Of a stretch of 64,000 nt of DNA, positions 38,258 through 47,062 are shown piece by piece. The translations under genes were made by a program, and so were the position numbers. The notes under the pieces were generated by a model. That model searched no databases and was not told the origin of the DNA. It saw only the letters and a list, made by a program, of their open reading frames with translations. The first letter of the stretch is position 1. Each line of letters begins with the position of its first letter. Source of the DNA: a virus (Duplodnaviria; Caudoviricetes); the IMG/VR virus record IMGVR_UViG_2831870349_000001. One strand, 5' to 3'.

Positions 38258-39771
38258 ATCCTCAAAACCTCCTTTTGAATCTAGGCTCTGGGGATCTTCC
38301 ACTTCGCGGCCACATCAATATCGACCGCAAATACGAAAAGGATGTCCTTCACGTGGACGAAGACACCATTCTCTGGCGCGGCGAAGTCTACCCACTGGCT
38401 TTCGATGATGAAAGCGTCTGCGGCGTGCGCGCCTCACACGTGTTGGAGCATTTCAGCCATCGCGAGACGATGGCGGTCCTGGCCGACTGGGTTCGCGTCT
38501 TGAAGCCGGGCGGGCTTCTCTGTGTCGCCGTCCCGAACTTCGAATGGATCGCAAGGCGCTACCTCGAATCCCTCACCAATTCCGCCGCCGCCGCGCTTCC
38601 GCTGGAAGGGTATCTGATGGGCGGGCATGTGGATGATAATGATCACCACGGCGCCATTTTTGATGAGCAGAGCCTGCGCGCGGCAATGGAGCATCTGGGA
38701 CTGGTCAACATCTACACATGGGATTCCGAAGTCGCGGACTGCGCCTCGCTTCCCGTTTCGCTGAACCTGGTGGGGATGAAACCTCTTCCGGCGGATTATT
38801 CATCGATCAATAATCCTGCTCCTGGACGAATAGAGAACCCACACGGGTTTGCTGTGGGCGATCAAGTTTGGGACAATTCCGGCGACTGTGGAAACGGCTT
38901 TGGCGATGTCTTGGAGATCTACGAAAAGCACCCCAATTGCGTCAAAGTGTATTGGGAGAATGAAGGCAATCTTTGTGTGGTCCATTGCTCAATTCTAGAT
39001 CATGTCGCTGATGTTAAGACAGTTCCACAGGACAGCGTGAAAGCATCATCAGGTCCGGATTTGCGCTTTGCCTCCATCGTCATCAAGCCCGGCGACGTCG
39101 CGGCCGTGGCTACCGTACCGCGCCTTGGCTTCACGGACACGCAGTTCTGCATTATCCGCGCCGTCTGCGCCCATCCGATCAGCTTCGAGCAGAGCGGCGG
39201 CGTATTCTGGGACCAGGGGATGACACGCGTCTTCGAAAGCCATATGGACGACGGGACGAAGTATCTCCTGGCGATCGATTATGATTCGCTTTTCACCGCT
39301 GAGGATGTGCGGACGCTGTATGGCGTCATGGAAGCGCGGCCCGACATTGACGCGCTTTGCCCGGTCCAGATCCGGCGCGAGAACGATCATTCGCTCTTTA
39401 CCGTGGAAGGCGACGACGGCAAGAGCGCAACCGAGATCGATTATTCACGTTTCGAGACGGACGTTCTGAAGATCCGAACCGGCCATTTTGGCCTGACGAT
39501 GATCCGCGTGGACGCGCTGCGCCGCCTGCCGCGTCCCTGGTTCCATGCCCGGCCCGACGACGCCGGCCGCTGGGGCGACGGGCGCGTGGACAGCGACGTC
39601 GCCTTCTGGCTCCAGTGGGCCGAGGCGGGCAACTCGCTGTACCTGGCGAACCGTGTCCCGATCGGTCACCTCCAGCTCATGGCAACCTGGCCGAGTGAGG
39701 AACTTGGTTTGAAGACTCAGTATGTCAGTGACTGGCTGAAGACAGGGAAGCCGGCGGGCGCGTGGCAATGA
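38254..39771 (+). CDS. Class I SAM methyltransferase fused to GT-A glycosyltransferase-like domain
   Basis: LNLGSG, ASHVLEH, VLKPGG; C-terminal YLLAIDYD (DxD), GHFGLTMI, D..FW, GH. Confidence 0.8.
   Translation: MNPQNLLLNLGSGDLPLRGHINIDRKYEKDVLHVDEDTILWRGEVYPLAFDDESVCGVRASHVLEHFSHRETMAVLADWVRVLKPGGLLCVAVPNFEWIARRYLESLTNSAAAALPLEGYLMGGHVDDNDHHGAIFDEQSLRAAMEHLGLVNIYTWDSEVADCASLPVSLNLVGMKPLPADYSSINNPAPGRIENPHGFAVGDQVWDNSGDCGNGFGDVLEIYEKHPNCVKVYWENEGNLCVVHCSILDHVADVKTVPQDSVKASSGPDLRFASIVIKPGDVAAVATVPRLGFTDTQFCIIRAVCAHPISFEQSGGVFWDQGMTRVFESHMDDGTKYLLAIDYDSLFTAEDVRTLYGVMEARPDIDALCPVQIRRENDHSLFTVEGDDGKSATEIDYSRFETDVLKIRTGHFGLTMIRVDALRRLPRPWFHARPDDAGRWGDGRVDSDVAFWLQWAEAGNSLYLANRVPIGHLQLMATWPSEELGLKTQYVSDWLKTGKPAGAWQ
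38795..38814. promoter_or_regulatory. Dispersed palindrome copy 5 (ATTATTCATCGATCAATAAT)
   Basis: Identical to copy 2, with GG/CC flanks; encodes DYSSINN. Confidence 0.8.
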
Positions 39772-40163
39772 AAATCCCTCACAATCACGCACGGGCACTT
39801 CAAAAGTATCGGTGGGAAACGATCCCGCTTCAGATCGTGAAGATTGATCAGAACGCTCACGATGCATTGATGCCGTTCCTACTTTCGGAAAGGGACGTTC
39901 GCGAGCATCCGGATTGGCCGCAGTGGTTTCCCTACAAGCTCGCCGAGCCGCACCAGCGCCAGGCGATGGTAAACCATGGGCAGACGCTCCGGCGTCTTGC
40001 CGAGCGCGGCGGCCTCGGCCACCGAGAACTTTACCATATTCTGCGCGACGAGCGGTTCCGCCATACCGGCCACCCTGGCGCCGTCTCCGACGAAGTCGCC
40101 GCGCTTTATCTGCAAGAACTGATTGAGGGCTATGAGCCCTCAATCGAAGGACATCAGCCATGA
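39768..40163 (+). CDS. Hypothetical phage protein
   Basis: QA..NHGQTL.RLAERGGL...E motif. Confidence 0.7.
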   Translation: MKIPHNHARALQKYRWETIPLQIVKIDQNAHDALMPFLLSERDVREHPDWPQWFPYKLAEPHQRQAMVNHGQTLRRLAERGGLGHRELYHILRDERFRHTGHPGAVSDEVAALYLQELIEGYEPSIEGHQP

Positions 40164-40345
40164 TCATCAAACTGAACGAAAAATGGGACGGGAAGAACCG
40201 GGGCGATGTGGTGGAAGTCGGCGCCGGCGTCGGGCAGCTTCTGGTCGGACGCGGCGCGGCGGAGGAACTGCCTGCGCCGGCCGGCAAGTCCGTGAAGGCG
40301 CCGCCCGTCGACAAGATGGTGCGCGGGCCTCAGGAAACAAAGTAA
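40160..40345 (+). CDS. Small head-associated protein
   Basis: GDVVEV......LV.RG.A, P..K motif typical after capsid genes. Confidence 0.65.
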   Translation: MIIKLNEKWDGKNRGDVVEVGAGVGQLLVGRGAAEELPAPAGKSVKAPPVDKMVRGPQETK

Positions 40346-40377
40346 AAGCGGCGAAAAGCCATAGAGGAGACGAAATA

Positions 40378-40998
40378 ATGGACACCGGGTACCCCGACGC
40401 CTCCGACTTCCGCAAGTTCCTGCTGGGCGCAGGGCAGCGTATTCCCGATGATCTGGATGTGGAAACGAAGATCTTCTCGGCCATCACGGAGTGGGAGGAC
40501 GGGACCGGTTTCGCGCCGTTCCTCGCGGACGACACCACGGTCGGCTCGCGCTCCTTTGATCCGCCCAGGACCTCGCGCGATCTGGACCTTGGCGCCGGTC
40601 TCGTGGAGCTAACCTCGCTGACCGTCGCGGGAACGCCGTTTGTTCTGGGGCGAGATTTCTACGCGTATCCGCAGAACGCGCTCGCGAAGGGTAAGCCGAT
40701 CACGTACCTGCGTTTTTACTCGCGGCCCGGGTCGTCGATCATGCAATCGATCGTTGTGACGGGCAAATGGGGCTTCACGACGGCGCTGCGCGCGAACGTA
40801 CGCAATGCGATCCTGTGTAAGGCGGCGCTGCTATCGGCGCCGGAACTCGAATTCTCCATTACGAACGGTGTGGCCGTGGCGGAAGACATCAAATTCGCAA
40901 GCGGTAATTTCAAGCCCATCGGCACTCTAATCGAAGAATGGAGACGGATCTTCAAAGAGACGCTTCATGGTGGCGGCTACCGACGCATTAGTGTCTAG
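40378..40998 (+). CDS. Head-tail connector/adaptor protein
   Basis: I.VTGKWGF, V..AIL..A; position. Confidence 0.7.
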   Translation: MDTGYPDASDFRKFLLGAGQRIPDDLDVETKIFSAITEWEDGTGFAPFLADDTTVGSRSFDPPRTSRDLDLGAGLVELTSLTVAGTPFVLGRDFYAYPQNALAKGKPITYLRFYSRPGSSIMQSIVVTGKWGFTTALRANVRNAILCKAALLSAPELEFSITNGVAVAEDIKFASGNFKPIGTLIEEWRRIFKETLHGGGYRRISV

Positions 40999-41013
40999 CT
41001 AGCGGAGAGACTG

Positions 41014-41748
41014 ATGCTAAACCCGCCCGTCGTCAACAGATTAGGCGCAAATATTGCCCGGCAAAAACTGCACCATATCGTCGCATACGGATCTATGGCG
41101 ACGGTCGGCGCTGTCAAGACGCACGCGAAGCGCAAACCGATCGCGCTGACGTCCGTGGCGCAGCACTTCTCCAGCCGGGACGGCGGCGGACCGATCATCG
41201 ATCCTGCAATCTACGAAGTCCCTTCCCTCGATTTCCTGATCAATGGCGTGCAGATCGATCCCCAGCCGCTACAAACATTGATCTGGCATGGCGGGACGAA
41301 TAAAGTGCATCGGGTCGATGCCGATCTGATCGCGGATACCCTGATCACTTATCACCTGGTCGCTTGCCGAGCGCTACTCGCCGTCGATGCCAACAATAAC
41401 CCGTTGTCTCCCTGCGAGACGGTTCACCACTGGACGCCGCAGACGCAGGCCCAGCGCACGGACTCGGTCACCAAGAAGCTGAAGGACACAGGCTTTACGG
41501 ACGCCGGCAAGGTTATCGCCTATCTGGAGCCGTTCACCGATACCGAGAAACTGATGGCGGGCGGCTCCATGGACACGCGCGAAGTGCGAGTCTTCACGAG
41601 CATTCCCCTAGCGCTCAAGGATGTGATCGTGCGCGCCGACGGCACGGCCTGGGCGATGAATGGGCCCAGCGAAGTTTTTCCGTCCACGGGAGATCAGCGC
41701 GGTATCGCGCGCCATCTCGCGCAGGTTCCCGCCGGCGTCAGCTTCTGA
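41014..41748 (+). CDS. Putative head closure protein
   Basis: Position in the neck module. Confidence 0.45.
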   Translation: MLNPPVVNRLGANIARQKLHHIVAYGSMATVGAVKTHAKRKPIALTSVAQHFSSRDGGGPIIDPAIYEVPSLDFLINGVQIDPQPLQTLIWHGGTNKVHRVDADLIADTLITYHLVACRALLAVDANNNPLSPCETVHHWTPQTQAQRTDSVTKKLKDTGFTDAGKVIAYLEPFTDTEKLMAGGSMDTREVRVFTSIPLALKDVIVRADGTAWAMNGPSEVFPSTGDQRGIARHLAQVPAGVSF

Positions 41749-41771
41749 GCGTGCTTCGGATTGGATTCCAT

Positions 41772-42269
41772 ATGGCCATCGCTTTCAACGTCTCCGGCGC
41801 GATCAATTTGTTCGCGGCCATTATCGTCGATGTGCTGACGATCGCCGGCGAGACCGTGACGGCGCTTCCTCAGATCACCTCCGTCCAGCAGGTGGAGTTC
41901 GAAGGGGCAAGTCTGCCGCTGACGGTCCTGGAGTACGGCGACGCGGTGAGCGAGCAGCAGGGAACAGGGGAGCTCATCAGCGTTCCGATCACTGTTCATC
42001 ATATTCGCGCACTGGAAGCCGGGACCGGAAACGCGGCGGATACGATCCTGGCGCGCCTCCAGGCGATCGCGCAGCGAGTGCGATCGGATTACCGGCTCCA
42101 AAGTGTGACGGTGATGGGCTCGCCCTATATTGAAGGCGTCGAGGAGATCAGTATGGCGCTCGGCGATAAGAGCGAGATGCAGAAGATGCTAAACGGCACC
42201 GACCAGCAGGAGAGTCTGGCCGCCGCATCGCTCGGTGTCGTGGTCAAGTGGTTCGAATACTGGACGTGA
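41772..42269 (+). CDS. Putative tail terminator
   Basis: Position; acidic; P...V pattern. Confidence 0.5.
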   Translation: MAIAFNVSGAINLFAAIIVDVLTIAGETVTALPQITSVQQVEFEGASLPLTVLEYGDAVSEQQGTGELISVPITVHHIRALEAGTGNAADTILARLQAIAQRVRSDYRLQSVTVMGSPYIEGVEEISMALGDKSEMQKMLNGTDQQESLAAASLGVVVKWFEYWT

Positions 42270-42397
42270 TTACTCCCCGTGAAACCTAAGGACCGGCTTT
42301 CGGTTTTTTTTGAATATTGTTGTAGACCCTCGCGACCTTGCTGGAAATTCCAGCAAGGTCGCTTTCTTGTGGAGCCCAGGCTCCGGAGCATAGACCC

Positions 42398-42706
42398 ATG
42401 ATGAAAGACTGCGTGTGCGGAACGCCGCACCGGCTGCCCGATGTCCCGAGCTTAATTCCCTCAAGCTACGGATGCGCATTTTGCGGAGCCCAGTACGCAA
42501 ACGGGGAGTTCGTCAAATCGAGCGCGCCGGCTGCGACGGTGGAAATCGATCCGAACTCCCCTCTGACCGGCGGAGCGCCGCTCAGCACTCCTGTGCAGAT
42601 CAACAGCACTGCGGTACCGACCAACAACTCCGCGCAGTCCACCAGTCCGAATCTATCCACCAGTCCAGATCAATCCGCCAAGCCCGCTGCGGGAAAGGAA
42701 AACTAA
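42398..42706 (+). CDS. Zinc-ribbon hypothetical protein
   Basis: CVC...CAFC, S/T/P-rich tail. Confidence 0.5.
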   Translation: MMKDCVCGTPHRLPDVPSLIPSSYGCAFCGAQYANGEFVKSSAPAATVEIDPNSPLTGGAPLSTPVQINSTAVPTNNSAQSTSPNLSTSPDQSAKPAAGKEN

Positions 42707-42709
42707 GCC

Positions 42710-43180
42710 ATGCCTGGACCAGTACTAGCGCATCAAAAGCGCCATCAGATGCGGGATGTGACGGTTATGTCCTGCACCGGCTTCTCAGGCGGCACAGCGG
42801 GGACAACAATCGCCTTCATCGCACTCGCGGAAACGTGTACGATCAAGCCTCCCAAGCGTATGTATGGCGATACCACGTCGAGCGCAGATACGGTGGAATC
42901 GTCACGCCCGCTTCGGTGGGGAACAGGATCGGTGACGCTGGTCGGTTTTTCGGACTATGACGCGAACCAATTCACGGCGATCTTTGTTCAGGGCGCTTAC
43001 GCGACATTCCAATTCACATCGTCGACGACCGGTGAATCCTGGCAGCTCCTTTGCCGCTGCGAGGACCTCGATATCGCGCTCGGAAAAGATCAGACCAAAA
43101 ACACGCTGACCCTCACGGTCGAAGGCGCGCCGTTCTACGCGGCGAGCGGCAGCACGCTCGCGATCGTCTCGCTCGACTAA
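42710..43180 (+). CDS. Putative major tail (tube) protein
   Basis: Size, beta-rich Thr/Ser/Gly composition, precedes the chaperone. Confidence 0.65.
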   Translation: MPGPVLAHQKRHQMRDVTVMSCTGFSGGTAGTTIAFIALAETCTIKPPKRMYGDTTSSADTVESSRPLRWGTGSVTLVGFSDYDANQFTAIFVQGAYATFQFTSSTTGESWQLLCRCEDLDIALGKDQTKNTLTLTVEGAPFYAASGSTLAIVSLD

Positions 43181-43222
43181 AGCCCACGGCTATAAAATCC
43201 CTATCAAGGACGGTTACGAACA

Positions 43223-43681
43223 ATGTATCTGACTAAAGAGCAGTTATTGGCCTACAAAAGCCCTGAGCCACTTGAGGAGGATTTTCTCGTGGAGGAGCTT
43301 GGAGGTAGCGCTCATATCCGTGGCGTTACTAAGAAAGACGAGCTTGAGGCCGTGAATGCGGAAATAGAGCACTTGAAGAGGTTGCCAATTCCCGTGACGC
43401 ACCCGGTTACCGGGCAAGTCTACAAGCCGGACCACGGCGATATCAAAGCGGCGTGCTGGGTGTCTGCGTGCGTCACGGAACCAAAATTGACAGCGCTTGA
43501 ATGGCTTCAGTTCGCGGCGGAAGGATTCGCATTTCTGGGCGCCCTCCATGTCCGGGCCTGGGTTTGCTCACGCCTTATTTCTGATCCGCTAAAGCCTGGA
43601 GATGAGGAAGTTCCTGACGGTATCGGCGCTGCCAAGGCTGAGATCAACGAAGGGGAAGAGGGCGGCGACCCTTTGGAGTAA
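43223..43681 (+). CDS. Tail assembly chaperone (gpG-like)
   Basis: V.ELGG...IR.., ...EPKL; slippery site at the 3' end. Confidence 0.8.
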   Translation: MYLTKEQLLAYKSPEPLEEDFLVEELGGSAHIRGVTKKDELEAVNAEIEHLKRLPIPVTHPVTGQVYKPDHGDIKAACWVSACVTEPKLTALEWLQFAAEGFAFLGALHVRAWVCSRLISDPLKPGDEEVPDGIGAAKAEINEGEEGGDPLE

Positions 43682-43842
43682 GGTGGCGCGCTTTCTGCCT
43701 GAAGACGCTCCACACGACTCCAGAGGCATACAATCGAATGAATCCAGGTATCCCGCTAACGGAAATGTATCGTAACCTCGCAATGGAAGAAATTTTGATT
43801 GAGAGTAAGTCACAGACTTGGGATGATGTATTTGATCAATAG
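43669..43842 (+). CDS. -1 frameshift extension (gpGT-like)
   Basis: C CCT TTG heptamer; -1 frame open for about 57 codons to TAG 43842. Confidence 0.75.
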   Translation, partial: PFGVRWRAFCLKTLHTTPEAYNRMNPGIPLTEMYRNLAMEEILIESKSQTWDDVFDQ

Positions 43843-43858
43843 CGCCAGGATGAAGTAA

Positions 43859-44476
43859 ATGGCATTCGTGACCAATGCGGGGGCTCTTGCCGCTCGAAAA
43901 CGTATCCTGGCCGGTAATATCGAAGCTCGTTTCCGAACGGCTGCAAAACTGCATGCAACCGAAATGAAAAGAGTGGCGGAAAATCTCTCGCATGGCAGCC
44001 TTACGAAAAAGGACTTGAGAGATAAAGGCAATCCGTACGCCACTCGTCTGCCGGCTGGCAGCGCAGGATTTCCTGACTACCTGATCAATATTGGTGGCGG
44101 CGATTTCGCGAACTCGTGGCGGACGCGGGTTCAGCAGTCGGGAAACCGGTGGACGGTATCAATTTGGAACGATTCTCAACACGCGAAGTTCATGGTCGGC
44201 ACCGTCCGGGAGCGCAAGCGCGATATCATGCGCGTCGTCGTCCTGAAAACGACGAAATCGTTCCACGATGCTGTCGATAAAGAAATCAAACGCGGGATTG
44301 CGGAGAACAATCGCTCTTCCGCTCCGGTGAGCGGGTCTACGGGCAGTTTTGGCGCAATGGGAGAAGGTTCGGCGAGCGTAGGCGGATACAGCGCCTTTAG
44401 CGCTGTATCGATAGGTGTCACTGCGGGATTATTCGCGGCCGCTGGCGCGGTGTATGATGGGGTGTCGGAGAATTGA
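43859..44476 (+). CDS. HK97-gp10-like tail completion protein
   Basis: G.F.NSW, V.I.N...HA.F..GT. Confidence 0.55.
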   Translation: MAFVTNAGALAARKRILAGNIEARFRTAAKLHATEMKRVAENLSHGSLTKKDLRDKGNPYATRLPAGSAGFPDYLINIGGGDFANSWRTRVQQSGNRWTVSIWNDSQHAKFMVGTVRERKRDIMRVVVLKTTKSFHDAVDKEIKRGIAENNRSSAPVSGSTGSFGAMGEGSASVGGYSAFSAVSIGVTAGLFAAAGAVYDGVSEN

Positions 44477-44495
44477 TCGTCGCCGATGGCGCAGC

Positions 44496-44532
44496 AGAAG
44501 GACCGCTCTCCATTCGGGAGAGCGGTCCTTCT
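44496..44532. terminator. Strong hairpin between convergent genes
   Basis: AGAAGGACCGCTCTCC-ATTCG-GGAGAGCGGTCCTTCT. Confidence 0.65.
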
Positions 44533-44568
44533 ATGATGGACGGTCCTTGCCGGCCGCACCACGGCGTG

Positions 44569-45090
44569 CTAAGGAGTAGGATCGACAGGCATGAGAGTGA
44601 AAAAGGCGTCTGCTCTCAAGAGCATTTCTTCTACACTATCGAACTCGTAGATTTCGCCGAGGATCATTTTTGATCCGCTACGAGTTATCGAATCAATGAC
44701 TGCCGCCTGCCATGCTGGACGACAACGCCATAACTTAAGGAGCATTGCCGTTGGGGCCGAAACACGGACAGCCACCAATTGAGCCGATACATCACTTGTG
44801 AAGCCAAGTCTGACTCTTATAGAAACAAATTCAGGGATGATTTGGATTGCGTAGAAATATCCTTGTAGATCTGACGGGGCCATTTCCTTTTGGTGCTCCA
44901 CTCCACAACCACGTAACTTTCGCACCAGTGCCGCATCTTCGTTCGTAAGAGCGGAAACTGCTTGCCCGCGCGATCCCAGCGTGCGCGGTAAGGTAATGAT
45001 TTGGAACCCAGATTTCTTGATGAATTTGAGTAGACTAGATCTGTCAAGTCCCAATTCTTCAGCAAGTCGGAATATTGGTATGTGCATCAT
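44569..45090 (-). CDS. HTH plus degenerate GIY-YIG/T5orf172-like domain
   Basis: LAEELGLDRSSL; GYFYAIQ...VRLGFT.D. Confidence 0.6.
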   Translation of the reverse strand: MMHIPIFRLAEELGLDRSSLLKFIKKSGFQIITLPRTLGSRGQAVSALTNEDAALVRKLRGCGVEHQKEMAPSDLQGYFYAIQIIPEFVSIRVRLGFTSDVSAQLVAVRVSAPTAMLLKLWRCRPAWQAAVIDSITRSGSKMILGEIYEFDSVEEMLLRADAFFTLMPVDPTP

Positions 45091-45094
45091 CGAG

Positions 45095-45967
45095 TTACCC
45101 TGCTTTCTGGTGAAGTGTCCAAAGGTTAAACGCCCGGCTTTCAATTGCCAACGCCGGTGGGCAGTCGATCCCAAGCCCAATGAGTTCGATCCGCGCCGCC
45201 TCGCGGTAAGGCTGACGGCCTTTATCATCCATTCCGGACCAATCCTGTTTCTTCGTGCGACGCGAAAGAGTTCTCGATTCGTGAGACACAACGACTTCGC
45301 AAACGATGTCGCCGAGGCGGCCTTTTTCTTCGTCTGTTTTTTTCTCCGGAGAAAGAGGATCAAAAAACGAAGAATCTGGAGAGAGAGTATCTTGCGCGTT
45401 AGCGCGCGATTCCGGCGCTATTTCTTCAATTCTTTTTTCTCTTTCTTTTTTGTTTTCTTTTAGATTATCTATTATGGGGACACCTCCGTCCCTAGCGTGG
45501 TGACGTACGTGTCCCGATGACAGGACCCACGTGTCCCTAGGGTCGGGATCTGTAGATCCCGAGGAGAGGACCTGTGGATCACTAAGGACCTGTGGATCAC
45601 TAAGGACCTGTGGATCACTAAGGACCTGTGGATCACTAGGGACCTGTGGATCACTAGGGACCTGTGGATCACTAGGGACCTGCACCGTGCAGTACGTAAT
45701 ATAGATATGCCGTTGATTGCGACGGTCCTTGTGAACAATGCTTCGGATCATTTGGCGTTTCTCGATTTCGGACAGCAGTCTCTTGACATGGCGGTCACTG
45801 ACGCCGATTCGCTTCGCGAGATAGGCGTTCGACGCCCAGCAGTAACCGTGCCCGGAAGCGAGCGAGGAGACAAGGCCGAACAAGAGTTTCTCGTTCGGCT
45901 GCAAGTCCGTTCGCGCAAGGACGGAATCCGGGACCATGATGAAGGTTTCGTCGGCCTGTTCGGACAT
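45095..45967 (-). CDS. Winged-HTH replication-initiator-like protein with internal iterons
   Basis: L...EKLLF..V.SL...GYCWASNAYLA...G.S.R.V...L; QV(P/L)SDP x6. Confidence 0.8.
   Translation of the reverse strand: MSEQADETFIMVPDSVLARTDLQPNEKLLFGLVSSLASGHGYCWASNAYLAKRIGVSDRHVKRLLSEIEKRQMIRSIVHKDRRNQRHIYITYCTVQVPSDPQVPSDPQVPSDPQVLSDPQVLSDPQVLSDPQVLSSGSTDPDPRDTWVLSSGHVRHHARDGGVPIIDNLKENKKEREKRIEEIAPESRANAQDTLSPDSSFFDPLSPEKKTDEEKGRLGDIVCEVVVSHESRTLSRRTKKQDWSGMDDKGRQPYREAARIELIGLGIDCPPALAIESRAFNLWTLHQKAG
45568..45682. repeat. Six-plus 18-bp tandem repeats GGACCTGTGGATCACTAR
   Basis: Read directly; next to a T-rich tract at 45421-45475. Confidence 0.93.
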
Positions 45968-45969
45968 GG

Positions 45970-46503
45970 TTAATCCTGCTGCTCGGTCCAGAATTTGGGG
46001 TTGTCCACGATGTGCTCGACCATGCGCGCGATCCGGTGATCGACGGTATCATAACGAGATCCATTAAAACCTTCGTAGTCGTCGTGATGATCGAAATCGC
46101 GCTCAAAGCTCCATTCCGTATTCCAGAGGATCGCGTGCGTCATTTCATGCGCCAGCACCCGGATCTGCTCCTTGGCGGACAGCCTCGCGTCGTAGATAAT
46201 GAGGGTCGCTCGGAGCTTATTCGTGTTGTGTTCGGATGCGTTGATCTCCGGGATTTTCCAGCATATCCCGCGTGTCTTATCGACCAAATGCGCGATCTCT
46301 GGCTGCGCCGCACACCAGAAAGAAACCGTCTTCACCATCAAGGCGACGATGTGAGCCGCCCTCACCCAGTTTCTGACGTCCGAGCGGTCTCCCTTCACGA
46401 GACTTTTAATCTTGAGTGCGACAGCAGATGCAATGTCCTGCTTCTCGCGTCGCGAAATCGTACGGAAAGTCGGCTGGTTTTGAGGATCATTTTGCAGGAC
46501 CAT
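45970..46503 (-). CDS. IrrE/ImmA-like HExxH metallopeptidase
   Basis: LS..EQ..VLAHEMTHA. Confidence 0.7.
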   Translation of the reverse strand: MVLQNDPQNQPTFRTISRREKQDIASAVALKIKSLVKGDRSDVRNWVRAAHIVALMVKTVSFWCAAQPEIAHLVDKTRGICWKIPEINASEHNTNKLRATLIIYDARLSAKEQIRVLAHEMTHAILWNTEWSFERDFDHHDDYEGFNGSRYDTVDHRIARMVEHIVDNPKFWTEQQD

Positions 46504-46919
46504 TAGTTCACCGCCTTCTGGGCGCGGCTCATCTCAAGCCGGCGCTGAACCGCGTCGATGACGGCGGCGGCGAGATGATGGCGACGGCTCGGGCAGCGCG
46601 CGGACCATTCCAGTCCGTCGTCACCTTTCTTGCAATAGACGGTGAAGCGCGATCCATCGATCGTAACATCCATGGCGCTTTGGAGAAACTTACCGGAGAA
46701 GTCCGTGAGCGTTCCCCACTCGTTGCGAACGAAGGACGCGCGGCTGATGATGTCTTGAACGGAATAAAAGGTCGCGGAGATTGCGGCGCCGTCGGCGGCG
46801 GCGATACGCGCGCTCTGGCGGTCCTGCTCGCGGATCCAGGATAGCTCGGCGAAATTCTTTGGGGCGGCGGCTGCAACTTTTTGTGCGCCTGTTGTGTCAA
46901 AATACATTGTGAGAGTCAT
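46503..46919 (-). CDS. Hypothetical protein
   Basis: Coupled (TAATG) to the next gene; follows a consensus promoter. Confidence 0.6.
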   Translation of the reverse strand: MTLTMYFDTTGAQKVAAAAPKNFAELSWIREQDRQSARIAAADGAAISATFYSVQDIISRASFVRNEWGTLTDFSGKFLQSAMDVTIDGSRFTVYCKKGDDGLEWSARCPSRRHHLAAAVIDAVQRRLEMSRAQKAVN

Positions 46920-46988
46920 CCTTTCGCACTGCGCCGATCGTTACTTTTTCCAGGAGAGACGGTCGGCGTTTTTCTTTGAACTTAATAT

Positions 46989-47017
46989 ATTGTAACACAT
47001 GTCGCATTATTTGTCAA
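46989..47017 (-). promoter_or_regulatory. Near-consensus sigma70 promoter for the inverted island
   Basis: TTGACA-17bp-TACAAT on the minus strand. Confidence 0.8.
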
Positions 47018-47062
47018 GTATAAAGATGCACACGTTGCAATATATTATGCTATAATGAATCC

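Noticed and set aside
45568-45682. CRISPR array
   Set aside because: Contiguous in-frame 18-bp units with no spacers
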